The notes beneath the pieces were generated by a model. That model was not told where the DNA came from, ran no database searches, and was given only the letters and a program-made list of their open reading frames with translations. 64,000 nt of DNA from an uncultured Solirubrobacteraceae bacterium (GTDB lineage Bacteria; Actinomycetota; Thermoleophilia; Solirubrobacterales; Solirubrobacteraceae), in contig CAVYET010000019.1 of assembly GCA_963767655.1 (NCBI GenBank), positions 346 through 64,345 on the forward strand, in the 5' to 3' direction. A program made the position numbers and the translations under genes. Positions 42,105-55,215 of this stretch are shown piece after piece (position 1 is the first letter of the stretch; each line of letters starts with the position of its first letter).

Positions 42105-45100
42105 ATGGCGCTCGCTGCGCCATCGTTGCGCTCGCTGCTCGGCCTCATCCAGGAGGACCAGTCGGCCAGGGTCCTGGCAGCCGGCGGTGGGCACGCGTTC
42201 GTCTCGGCGGCGCTTCGTCCCTACCTGATCGCGGCACTCGCCGACTTCGACGAGTCCGCGCGCGCGCGCCCGACGCTCGTGGTCGTGGGCGACGATCGCG
42301 CGGCGCGCGACATGGCGGCCGACCTTCGCGCCTGGCTTGCGCCGCGCCGCGTGCGCTACTACCCGTCGCGAGGGGTCGCCTACGAGTCGCACCTCGTTCC
42401 TCCGCCGCACCTGGTCGGACTGCGCGTGGCCGCGCTGGATGCGCTGCTCGCGGCGCGGGGAGCCGGCGAGGCGCGCTCCGCGAGTGCTGGGGCGAGCTCG
42501 AGCGCGAACGTCGCGGAGGGACAGCCCGTGGTGGTGGTCAGCGCGGTGGCGCTGTCGGAGAAGGTCCCCGACCCGGAGCTGCGGCCGCGCTCGTTCACAC
42601 TGCGGGTGGGCGAGCTGCTGGAACTGGACGAGTGCGCGGCAGAGCTCGCGGACGCGGGCTATGAGCGGGTCGACCAGGTGGAGGAGCGGGGGCAGTTCGC
42701 GCTTCGGGGCGGTCTGCTGGACGTGTTCCCGGCAACGGAGGAGCGCGCGGTGCGGGTCGACATGTTCGACGTCGAGATCGAATCGCTGCGCTGGTTCTCG
42801 ACGTTCACCCAGCGCTCGCTGGGCGATGTGCAGGAGGTCGAGCTCGCACCGGCGGCGGAGCTCGCGGCCGAGCACCGGGCGCTGGCGGAGATCGCGGTCG
42901 CGGTCGCTTCCGATGCAGGCGGGAACTCCTCCGGTCGGCCGGATGTCGCCGAGCTGTTGCCGGTCGAGCGCTTCGGCGCGCTGTTGGATCTGGTGGGGGA
43001 GCAGCCCGAGCTGGTGGTGGCCGCCGAGGAGGAGCTCGCGCCGGTCCTGAGCGACCACTGGACCGACGTGTGCGCCGCGTTCGGGGACGAGGATGCCCAC
43101 CACCTGTATGTGAACCCGCAGAGCATCCGCGGCGCGCTCGAGCAGAGGGCGCGGATCTGGCTGTCGGCGACGGCCAGCGGCCAGGCGATAGAGCTGCGGG
43201 CCCAATCGGCGGACACCGCGGCGCGCTCGCTGGCCGAGGCCGAGCCTGAGCTCGAGAAGCTCGTGCGCTCGGGCTACCGGACGGTCGTGACGTTTCCCCG
43301 GCGCGGTGAGGGTGAGCGGGCGGCCTACAACCTCGGCCGTCTGAAGGCCAAGTGGCTGGATGAAGAGGTGGACGTAACGCGCCAGGTGCTCGAGCCGTCG
43401 CTGCGGTTCGCAGCAGCGTCCCTGCGGGAGGGCTTCGTTGCGCCCGCGCTCAAGCTGGCGGTGTTCCCCGAGCACCGGCTGCTGCGCCGCCGCCTCGCCC
43501 GCCGCGGCGGTGCCGAGGGGCCGCCGGAGGGTGGTCGGGACGGGGTTCGCCGAGGGGCGCTTCGCTCGTTCAGCGAGCTGCGGGCGGGCGACATCGTCGT
43601 GCACGAGGACCACGGCGTGGCACGGTTCGCCGGCTTTGAGACGCGCACCGTGGCGAACGTCACGCGCGACTACCTGTATCTCGAATATCAGGGCGATGAC
43701 AGGGTATTCGTGCCCACCGACCAGCTCGCGAAGATCTCGCGCTATGTCGGCGCAGGCGGCGAGCACCCGCCGCTGAGCAAACTGGGCGGAACGCGCTGGG
43801 AGACGATGAAGGCCCGCGCTCGGCGCGCCGCGCAGCAGCTCGCCGGCGAGCTGCTGACTCTGTATGCGGAGCGCAGCCGGCGGGCGGGACATGCATTCGG
43901 CGCCGGACTCCGACTGGCAGCGAGACTTCGAGGAGCGCTTCCCCTTCACCGAGACCCCCGACCAGCGCGAGGCGATCGAGCTAGTCAAGGGCGACATGGA
44001 GGCGCCGCGGCCGATGGATCGGCTGATCTGCGGGGACGTCGGCTACGGCAAGACCGAGGTGGCCCTGCGGGCGGCATTCAAGGCCGCCAACGAGGGCAAG
44101 CAGGTGCTGATGCTGGTGCCCACGACGATCCTCGCCCAGCAGCACTACGGCACGTTCGCCGAGCGCCTGGCCGACTTCCCGCTCACGTTGGAGCACGTCT
44201 CGCGGTTTCGCTCCCCGGCCGAGCAGAAAGCGGCCGTGAAGGGCTTTGCCGAGGGCCGGGTGGACATCCTGATCGGTACCCACCGCGTGCTCTCGCGCGA
44301 CGTGCGCGCCAAGGACCTGGGCCTGTTGATCGTCGATGAGGAGCAGCGCTTCGGCGTCAAGCAGAAGGAGCTCCTGCGTCAGTTGAAGCTGAAGGTGGAC
44401 GTGATCTCGATGTCGGCGACGCCGATTCCGCGCACGCTGCAGATGTCGCTGGCGGGGCTGCGCGACATCTCGGTGATCGAGACGCCTCCGGAGGGCAGAC
44501 GGCCGGTCAGGACCTACGTGGGCGAGTACGAGGAGGAGCTAGTCAAGCTCGCGATCATGCGCGAGCACGAGCGCGGCGGGCAGGCGTTCTTCCTGCACAA
44601 CCGCATCGACTCGATCGAGCAGACCGCCGAGCGGCTGCGGGCGCTGTGTCCCGGCGTGCGCTTCGCGGTCGCGCACGGACAGATGGGCGAGGGAGAGCTC
44701 GAGGCCGTGATGATGGACTACCTGCGCGGTGGCGCCGAGGTGCTGGTGTGCACGTCGATCATCGAGTCGGGGATCGACATCCCGCAGGCGAACACGCTGA
44801 TCGTCGAGCACGCGGACACGTTCGGGCTCGCCCAGCTCTACCAGATCCGGGGCCGGGTGGGGCGCAGTCGCGAGCGGGCGTACGCCTACCTGCTGTACGA
44901 CTCGGCGGCGGCGCTCACGCGCGAGGCGGGGCAGCGGCTGTCCGCTCTGTCGGACTACACCGAGCTCGGCGCGGGCTTTCAGATCGCGATGCGCGACCTG
45001 GAGATCCGCGGGGCCGGGAACCTGCTCGGCGACGAGCAGTCCGGGCACGTGGCCGCGCTGGGGTTCGAGCTGTACATGCAGATGCTCGATGAGGCGGTGC

Positions 45101-45583
45101 GGGCGGCCGGGCCGCACGGCGAGGAGGAGGAGCTCTCCGAGCCGGTGCGCCTGGACGTGAACGTGGATGCCTATGTGCCGGCGGACTACGTCCCCTACGA
45201 GCAGGCGAAGATCGAGGTGCATCGCCGCGTGGCGGGCGCCCTGGAGGTGGCCGATGTGGAGCGGCTGCGCGAGGAGCTCCAGGACCGCTTCGGCCCGGTG
45301 CCGGAGCCGCTTGAGAACCTGCTCGCGCTGCAGCGCGCACGTATCAAGTTCGGACAGGCCGGCGCGCGCACGGTGAGCTTCAGGGGGGATCGCCTGGCCG
45401 TGGTGCCGATCGAGCTGGACTCCGCGCGAGCGAAAGCGACTGCGGGGGGAGCTGCCCGGCGCGCTGTACGAGTTCGGTCGCTCGCAGGTCTCCCTGCGCG
45501 TTCCCAAGGATGGCAAGGAGCGCTTCCCGGCCGTCGTGAAGGCGGCGGACGTGCTGCTGGCGGTGATGCGCGAGGCGGCCTGA
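42105..45583 (+). CDS. mfd: Transcription-repair coupling factor (frameshifted)
   Basis: RGGLLDVFP, VVHEDHGVARF, PMDRLICGDVGYGKTEV, DEEQRFGV, SATPIPRTL, QIRGRVGR. Confidence 0.97.
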
Positions 45584-45643
45584 AAGTCGATGCACGGCCG
45601 GTTACGCACGAGCCCGCTGGCTTTCCGCTAGAGTGCCCGCGTC

Positions 45644-46783
45644 GTGTCCAGAGCTTCGCTTCATCTCGGCGCTAGGCGCCGTTTTCTTTGCCATCGCCGG
45701 CCTGTCGGCATGTGGCGGGGGCATTCCCGGCAATGCGGTGGTGTCAGGTCAACGGCAATCCGATCACAAAGTCGACCTTCGAACACTGGCTGGCGGTGGC
45801 CGCGGCCTCGAACCGCCACGGCGGGATCCAAGCCGGTGATTCCGGACCCGCCCAAGTACACGGCCTGCATCGCGCACCTGCAAGCGATCGCTCCCAAACC
45901 GGCGAAAGGACAGACCGCGCCGACCGAAGCGCAGCTGAAGTCCCAGTGCGAACAGCAGTACAAATCGCTGCAGCAGGAGGTGCTCGGCTTCCTGATCTCC
46001 GCGAGCTGGGTGATCGGTGAAGGCGAAAGCCTGGGCGTGAAGGTCAGCGACAAGGAAGTCGAAAAGGAATTCGCCAAAATCAAGAGCCCAGCAGTTCCCC
46101 AAAGCGAGCGGAATTCCAGAAATTCCTGGCGAGCTCGGGCCAGACCGTCTCGGACCTGCTGCTGCGGGTGAAGCTGAACCTGCTGTCGACAAGAATCCAG
46201 CAGAAGATCGCGAAAGAGAAAGCCAACATCACCACAAGCGCAGATCGAAAAGTACTACAACGAAAACAAGTCGCACTTCGGCACGCCGGAAAAGCGCACG
46301 ATCAAGATCATCCTCACCAAGACCGAAGCACAGGCGCAGAAGGCCAAGAAGGAAATCGAATCGGGCAAGAGCTTTGCGAGCGTGGCAAAGAGCGTCTCGA
46401 TCGACCCGACCAGCAAGGCCAACGGCGGCCTGATCGTCGGCGTGGTCAAAGGCCAGGAGGAGAAGGCGCTCGACAGCGGCGATCTTCTCCGCCAAGCCGA
46501 ACGTGCTGAGCGGTCCTGTGAAGACGCCGTTCGGCTACTACATCTACGAAGTCAAGAGCATCACCAAGGGCAGCCAGCAGACGCTGGCGCAGTCGCAGGC
46601 GCAGATCAAGCAGCAGCTCACCTCGGCCCAGCAGCAGACGGCACTGAGCAACGTTCGTCAAGGAATTCAAAAAGAAGTGGACCGCCAAAACGGAATGTCG
46701 CGCGGGCTACGTCGGTGATGGACTGCAAGGGCTACAAAGCGCCCAAGACGAGCACGACGACCACCGGGTCGGAAACTCCCTAG
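45644..46783 (+). CDS. PrsA/SurA-like parvulin peptidyl-prolyl isomerase lipoprotein (frameshifted)
   Basis: LSAC lipobox; FASVAKSVSIDPTSKANGG, GPVKTPFGYYI. Confidence 0.85.
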
Positions 46784-46840
46784 GACCGACAGCGCGGGCC
46801 GATTGCGCCGCGGTCGCGCGCGCCGGAGGCGAAGCCGTGA

Positions 46841-48648
<1,808 letters not shown>

Positions 48649-48736
48649 AGACCGCTGCCGAGCCGATCGGCGAAGCGCTCGGCGCGCTTACGCGCCTCTT
48701 CTCTGTCCCCCGTAGCTCACTGCTAGCCTCGGGGCG

Positions 48737-49064
48737 ATGTCGTTCGAGAACGCGATCTACCAGTGGCAGCAGGGCGAACGGCGCCTGCGGCTCGCGCCGG
48801 CTGAGCGCCGGCCGCGGCTGGAGCGGGTCACGGATGCGCTTGGTGGCCGAGCTGCGCCGGCGCCTGGGCGGGCGGTTCTCAACGGAGGAGCTTGTCGAGC
48901 TGTACGGGCAGGGCAGCGCCTGGTGCCTGCAGGTCGCGATGAGGGCTGCCCCGGAGGATCCCTGGGCGTGGGAGGCGGGCGTGGTGGTGGATGCGGCGTT
49001 CGCCAGATATCTGCGGGAGGCAGCCGACTTCGCCGGGGGAAAGCGGGCTCTGACGGAGGCCTAG
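48737..49064 (+). CDS. Hypothetical protein (frameshifted)
   Basis: MSFENAIYQWQQGERRL..VAELRRRLGGRFSTEELVELY..DAAFARYLREAADF. Confidence 0.65.
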
Positions 49065-49079
49065 CCGTGCGTGAGGGAG

Positions 49080-49665
49080 CTAGTCGTCCTCGCCGATGCG
49101 GCGGATGACGATGCGGTTCTCTTCGACCGCACCTCGACCGGCGGTGTCCCGCCCAGTGCTCGGCGTAGATCGGGTTGTCCTGGATGGCGGGATCGAGCCA
49201 CAGGCCGTAGCCCTCCTCGCCATGGTCGAACGTGCCCTCCAGGGCATCGAGGCTGCGGGCCGACGCCGGTGTCCCGGCGGCTGCGCTCTCCCGCGCTCGA
49301 GCGGCGTCCGCGTCCGCCGCGGCGGGTTCGGCGACGGGTGCGGGGGGCGCCCTCCTCGGCCTCCTCGTCTCGCTCCTCGCCTCGGCGGCTTCGGCCCTGG
49401 CGCGCTCGCTCTCGATCTCCGCCGCTTCGAGCTCAGCCGCGATCAGCGCGTCGTCCTCGGCGCGTAGATCGATCTCCTCGGGATAGCTGGCTCCGCCCGG
49501 TCCATCGGCGGCCTCCTCGTCGCCGACGAGCTCGTTCTGGCGCTTGAACTGGTCGATGTCCCGGACGCTGACCTCGAGCTGATGGGCCACCCAGGCGTCG
49601 GTGCGGCCCTGCCGCACCCATGTGCGGATCTGGTTCAGGTGCGGGCGCAGAGATCGACGAGGCAT
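49080..49665 (-). CDS. Hypothetical protein with N-terminal HTH-like region (frameshifted)
   Basis: IRTWVRQGRTDAWVAHQLEV; C-terminal TFDHGEEGYGLWLDPAIQDNPIYAEHW. Confidence 0.7.
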
Positions 49666-49884
49666 CGACGGTCCGGGACACTAGCGCATCGAGGCCGCGT
49701 CGCGCCGCAGGCGCGCATGCGGCGCGCCTCGACGTTCGAGCCCGTTCAGCGAGCCGCTCGGAGGGGCCGAAAAGCAGGGGAAAGACGTCGCAAAGCGTTC
49801 CCCCGGTCCTGTGACTATGCTTGCCATACCGGTGTTTGGGGCTCGCGCCGGCCGCCCTGTCGGCAAAAGGAAGGGTGCACCAAA

Positions 49885-50123
49885 TTGCTGGTCTTGACGC
49901 GCAAGTCCAACCAGAGCATCATGATCGGGGACGACATCGAGATCTCGGTGCTTTCGGTGGTGGGCGAGAAGGTGCGGATCGGCATTCAGGCGCCCCAGGA
50001 GGTTCCGGTGTTCCGCAAGGAGATCTACCTGGAGATCCACCGCGAGGAGGTCGAGGGCGTGCGGGCAGGAGGGCACGCGCGGCCGAGGTGGACGACGCGC
50101 TGCGCGAAATGGGCGAGGGGTAG
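49885..50123 (+). CDS. csrA: Carbon storage regulator CsrA (3' frameshift)
   Basis: (M)LVLTRKSNQSIMIGDDIEISVL..VRIGIQAP..VFRKEIY; TTG start with AAGGAAGG upstream. Confidence 0.93.
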
Positions 50124-50144
50124 GCGCCGGCGCCGGGCCGGGCG

Positions 50145-50385
50145 CTATCCAAGCAGCAGGTAGAGCGTGCGGAACATCACGACCGTGACGATCACGGCGG
50201 TCATGATCAGCGTGAGCACGAGCATCACGAAGCGCAGGGAGCCGCGCTCTGTGGCGCCGGTCGACCTGGCGCTTGCGTGCGCGCTGCTCGGCTGTGCGCT
50301 GCAGTGAGGCGCGCCTGCGGCGATCGAGCAGGATCTCCTTGACGAACGCCTGCTCCCAATCGGAGAGGCTCTGTCGCATTTTCAT
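50145..50385 (-). CDS. Small membrane protein (frameshifted)
   Basis: Basic helix then FVMLVLTLIMTAVIVTVVMFRTLYLLLG. Confidence 0.6.
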
Positions 50386-50409
50386 CGCGCTCACGCCCGT
50401 CTGGCGTCG

Positions 50410-51340
50410 TCAGGACACGACGGGGGCCTTGCCCTCGGCACGCTCGTAGACCTTCACGAAGCGGAGGTAGTTCTCGGCGATCTTGCGCGCTCCGGCGGCG
50501 CGCTCGATCTTGCCGTCCACGTACGCCTTCAGCGGGTCCCACCAGATCGAGCGTCCGATGGCGAACCCGACGAAGCCCTCCACAGGCGCCGCCTGGGCCA
50601 GCCAGTGGTCGACCTTGGCGTCGTCGGCGCCGCGGCCGAGAACCACGCAGACGACGCCGTCGCGACCGCCGCTGCGCGCCTGGGCGACGAGCATCTCGCA
50701 GTCCGAGCGCTCGTCGACACCCTCGATCTTCCACACGTCGACCTCGATGCCGGCATCCTGGATCTCGGCGATCGCTGCGGCGCATCAGCTCGGGGCGAAG
50801 CTCCGAGTCATAGCGCTCCGGGTCTCCGCCGACGGCCTGCAGCTGGGCGTCCTCGGCGGGCACGAGCAGCTCGAACAGGAACCTGCGGTCGTGCTGCTTG
50901 AGCCAGTCGCTGAGGCGCTTCAGCTTGGCCAGCTGCTCGCGGTTCGCCTCGGAGTCGCCGTCGGGGTTGTAGCGCACGAGCACCTTCGTGAAGTCGGGGT
51001 CGAAGCGCTCGATGTGCGCCCCGAAGTCATCGCCGTACTGGAAATCGAACATCTTCTGACCGGAGCGCTCGGCGGGCATCGCGAGCTTCAGTCCCCTCTC
51101 GCGCGCCTCGCCCGGCACGGTCGAGCCGAACTGCTCATCCACCAGCACGCCGGTCACCGACGGGTCGGCCCCTGCGCCGATGGCCTGCAGCAGGCCCTCG
51201 AAGATGAGGTGCTTGGCGTCGGCGATGATCGCCGTCTGCTCGGGATCTGGCTCGCCCTCGATGCCGAAGAACTTCTTCTGAAACGAGCCGCGGTGGTCGA
51301 AGGCGAGAATGTAGAGCTTGTGGTCGTAGCCGAGTTTCAT
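50410..51340 (-). CDS. DUF2090 / class I aldolase-like protein (IolC C-terminal domain; frameshifted)
   Basis: LYILAFDHRGSF, LVDEQFG, KVLVRYNP, FLFELLVP, DVWKIEG, VLGRG, GFAIGRSIW. Confidence 0.85.
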
Positions 51341-51504
51341 GGCCTGAGTATCGCAAAGGTGCACTGGCGGCGTGCAGCAGGCCCCGCCAGCGCGGTGGCG
51401 GCTGGGCGAGCTCGAGTGCAACAGGCGGGCCGAGGCACGCTGGCCGACACGCGGAGGCCCGACCGCGCGGAGCGGAAGGGAGAGGTCCATAGAATAGGCT
51501 GACG

Positions 51505-52297
51505 ATGTCCTCGGGTGCTGATCTGTTCGTGGTGTGCAAGCAGTGTGGATCGGAGGTCAGCCCGTACATCACCGAGTGCCCCTACTGCGGACACCGGCTG
51601 CGCCGGCGCGCTCCCAAGCTCCCGCGGGCGCGGGACCTGGGCGGTTCCCCGAGCCGGCCGCGGCGGCGCTGGTCGATGCTCGGGCGGGTCCGTGCCGCGC
51701 GCTCGCGCGCGCGACGGCCGCTCCCGTGGGAAGGCGCCCACGTCGACACGCGGCCCTACGCGACGATCGCTCTGGTCGCCGTCAGCTGTCTGGTCTGGGT
51801 GGCGTGGCGTGGCGGCTTCGTCGAACTGCACAAGCTGGTCATCCTCGGTCCGCTGAGCGGCGACTGGTGGAAGCTGATCACCAGCCAGTTCGCCTACGAC
51901 AACGGCTTCTACGAGTTCGTGACGCTCGTGGCGATCGCGATCTTCGGCTGGCTGATGGAGCGCCGGCACGGGGCGCTGGTGGTGCTGGCGCTTTTCCTGG
52001 GCGCCGGGGTTGCCGGCGCGCTCGTGGCGAGCGCCGTCTACCCGGACGCGGTCGTGAGCGGGGGCAGCCGCAGGCGCGCTGGCCCTGCTGGCGGCATGGG
52101 CGGTCCCGGATCTGCAGGCTGCGCGGGCTGGCGAGCACTACGAGGGCGATCTCCTCGGCGTGGCGGCGATCGCCGCGGTTCTGCTGGCGATGCCGTTCGC
52201 ACGGGCGGAAGCGAGCTGGTTGGCGGGCGTCACCGGTGGGCTCGTCGGACTGCTGGTCGGCCTCGGCCTGCGGCGGGCCGAGCACGCCGAGCCTTAG
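51505..52297 (+). CDS. Rhomboid-family protein with N-terminal zinc ribbon, probably inactive (frameshifted)
   Basis: CKQC..CPYC; PYATIALV, WWKLITSQF, FGWLMERRHG rhomboid pattern. Confidence 0.8.
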
Positions 52298-52330
52298 CGG
52301 CGCTCGTTGCGCTCATATGATGGATGGCCT

Positions 52331-52612
52331 ATGACGATGACCAACGCGGTGGTGCTGATCGAGGCCGAGCGTGACGCGCTGTCGAGCCTCGGCGGGGCGC
52401 TCGCCGACATCGCAGGCGTGGCCGAGGCCTATTCGGTCACCGGGGAGTGGGATTTCGTGGCGATCGTGCGGGTCCCCGACCACGAGCAGCTCGCCGACGT
52501 CGTGACGGGCCAGATCGGGGGGCTGTCGGGGGTGACGCGTACGCAGACGATGGTCGCGTTCGCCGCCTACTCGCGCCACGACCTGGAAGCGCTGTTCTCC
52601 GTCGGGGAATGA
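52331..52612 (+). CDS. Lrp/AsnC ligand-binding (RAM) domain protein
   Basis: GVAEAYSVTGEWDFVAIV..GVTRTQT; no HTH. Confidence 0.9.
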   Translation: MTMTNAVVLIEAERDALSSLGGALADIAGVAEAYSVTGEWDFVAIVRVPDHEQLADVVTGQIGGLSGVTRTQTMVAFAAYSRHDLEALFSVGE

Positions 52613-53279
52613 CCGGCTGACGGTGGCGGCCGTGGTGCCGATCAAGCCGCAGTACGGGCCGACGCTCGGGCGAGCTGCTCTCGCCCCGCTGGCGGGCGGC
52701 CTCGACGCTGGTGCGCTGGGCCGTGATCGCCGGCGGCCGCGGGATTCACGGCGCTGGCTCTGATCGCAGTGCTGACGTTCGAGAACGCGAAATACTCGCA
52801 CGGCGGCGCGGTCCCGTTCAGCTTCAGCTATCGCGGCCTCTACAGGGTGGCTGCCCGACCCCGGGGGGTACGTGAAGGTGCAGCGCCGCAGCCCGGAGGG
52901 CCGCCTGGAGGACTCCTTCGCGGTCGAGCCGCTGCGGCTGCCGGCGTACTCGGGCGGCCTCTCCGGCGAGCTGCCCCTCTATGCCTCTCGCCTAATCGAA
53001 GGGATGAGCCGCAGCTACCCCGACTTCATGCTGCGCGGCGAGGGCAAGACGAGGGTCAATTCCGTCCCCGCCTACAACATCTTCTACACGACCGTGCTCG
53101 ATGGCCAGCTGATGTATGGGCGCGACGTGCTGCTGCTGCCCGAACGCCAGGCGGCGCGCGAAGGGGTTGAGATCGTGATGCTCACCTCGCCGCTGGCCGG
53201 CCGCCGGATCACCTCGCCCTCAGAAGTCGCGGGGGCTGGAGTCCTGTCCAGGCCCCTGAAGACGTTCACCATCGGCTAG
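52609..53279 (+). CDS. Hypothetical membrane-anchored protein (frameshifted)
   Basis: ATGA overlap; PIKPQYGPTLG, TM segment, beta-rich region LRGEGKTRVNSVPAY. Confidence 0.6.
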
Positions 53280-53302
53280 CCGATCGGCCAGCGCGTGGCT
53301 GA

Positions 53303-54920
53303 TCAGCCGCCGGCAGCCGGTTTGGACGGCTCGCCGGCAGCCGGCGTGCTCTGTGCGCCCTTGGAGCCCTGGGGGGCTTCGCCCGAGAGCGACGGAGGCG
53401 AGGTGGGCGTCGTCGATTCGCCGCCTGCGAGCGCCGCTGCGGGCGCCGCGGGGGTCGCTTCCTCGTCGGCCGTAGGCGGTGAGGATTCTGCGGGTGCCGG
53501 TTCGCCGGCGGCGGGAGGGGCTTCCGGCGGGGTGCCGCCGGTTTCCGACACTGTCACCGGCTGACCCTCGCCGTCGCCGGTGCTGATCGACGGCAGTTCG
53601 GTGGTCGCGGCCGTCACCTGCGTGACCTGCGTGCCCGAGGGTTTGGGTGCCGTCGGATCGGCAGGTGCCACAGCGCCCGCGACGGGCACGGCCGCAGCGG
53701 CGGCCGACAGGAGGGCCTTGGCCGCGCTGGGGACCTGATGGCCGCTGGAGTGGCGGCGGCTGGAGTGGCGGCGGCTGGCGAGGGCGGCGACCGGCCGGGT
53801 TGCCGGGCTGATCGGCTGGGAGTGCTCGCTGGCGATCAGCGGTTCGGCGTGGCTGCGCACGTGCGCATAGGCGGTGCTCGCGCGGGCCACGGAATGGTGT
53901 TCGGAGGTGTGATCGACGGCGACGGCTCCTGCGGTGACGATTGCGGCTGCGGCGAGCCCGGCCACTGCCTTGGTGGCCAGGGCGCCCGCTCCGGCGGTGA
54001 GGATGCCACCGGCCACGCCTGTTCCGCCGCTCTGCACCGGCTCCCGCCGCGGCGCCGACCGTGGCGCTGGCGCCGCCGGCGACATGTGCGCCTCCCGCCG
54101 ACGCGGTCGAGCCGAGCTTGGCCAGCAGCAGCTTCTTCGCCATCAGCAGGGGACCGACGGGAAGCATGGCGGCGAGCGCGCGGTTGTTGTCCTTGAGCTG
54201 CTTCTTGAAGCAGCCGCAGCGTTCGCAGTCGCGTACGTGGCGCCGGGCGGGCGCGCTCAGCTTGGTGAGACCCTCGGCGACTTCGCCCAGCTCGAGGCGG
54301 ACCTCAGCGCAGCTCAGCTTGCGCGCCTCGGCAGCCTCGGCCAGAGAGATGCGGGCGCGCACGAGCAGCGACTTCACAGAGGGGACCGTGGTCTCCATCG
54401 CGTGCGCGATCTGCTCGTAGGAGAGAGCGTCGATCTCGCGCAGCAGCAGCGCGGTGCGCTGCGTCTCGGGCAGCTGCTGGACGTCTGCCAGAAGCTCGCG
54501 GAAGCTCTCCCGGCGTATCGCCCGGTCGCCGGTCGAGAGGCCGTGCTCGGCGAAGTGCACGTCCATCGAATCCACGCCGATGGCCGAGGCACGGCGCAGG
54601 TGGTTGAGCGAGCGGTTGCGCGCGATGCGGTAGAGCCAGGGCCGGACGTTGATCTCGCGCTCGTCGGCGAGAACGGCATTGAAGGCGGCCGCAAAGACCT
54701 CCTGAAGGACGTCCTCGGCATCCTCGCGCGAGCCGAGCATGTGCCGGCAGAAGGCGAGCAGGCGAGACTGGTAGCGTGCGCACAGCGTCTCGAACGCGGC
54801 TGGCTGGCCGCGCCGGGTGAGCGCGATCAGCCGCTCGTCGGACTGCAGGCGCAGCAAAGCCGACGGGCCTCGCAGGCCCGGCATGCGAGTTGGTGAGTGG
54901 GTGAGTGCTGAGGCCTCCAC
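53303..54920 (-). CDS. ECF sigma factor fused to ZAS zinc finger, hydrophobic segment and Pro/Ala-rich tail (one frameshift)
   Basis: SDERLI, DAEDVLQEVF, PWLYRIARN, LPETQRTALLLRE..YEQIA..VKSLL; HVRDCERC. Confidence 0.9.
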
Positions 54921-54944
54921 GTGCGTCCCCAATTCTTGCCGCTG

Positions 54945-54982
54945 CCCCTAAATACACGCTCTGTTACCCCTAAATACACGCT
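54945..54982. promoter_or_regulatory. 16-bp direct repeat upstream of ECF gene
   Basis: CCCCTAAATACACGCT at 54945-54960 and 54967-54982 (22-bp period). Confidence 0.6.
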
Positions 54983-55062
54983 AACAACCCCGAAGTTGCG
55001 GTGCTGGGCGCCGCGCAGTTGCCGTGCCGGCGCCGCGTTGCTCCATAGACTGGACCGGGCAG

Positions 55063-55148
55063 GCCCGGGTGGCGGAATGGGCATACGCAGTCGACTTAAA
55101 ATCGATGGCCTGCAACAGGGCATGTGGGTTCGAATCCCACCCCGGGCA
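55063..55148 (+). tRNA. tRNA-Leu(TAA)
   Basis: GCCCGGG/CCCGGGC acceptor, GTCGA-CTTAAAA-TCGAT, long variable arm, GTTCGAATC; TAGACT upstream. Confidence 0.96.
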
Positions 55149-55215
55149 TCGCATGGCGGTGGGCGGAGGGTGAGCGCGGCGCGGGGTTGGGACGTGAACG
55201 GGTAGAGTCGCGTGG

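Noticed and set aside
40722-43997. 1091-aa minus-strand ORF and similar long shadow ORFs
   Set aside because: Antisense to rplY/pth/mfd; expected from high-GC codon bias
49760-49815. c-di-GMP-I riboswitch upstream of csrA
   Set aside because: Contains GCAAAGC, but the two-stem GEMM architecture could not be built
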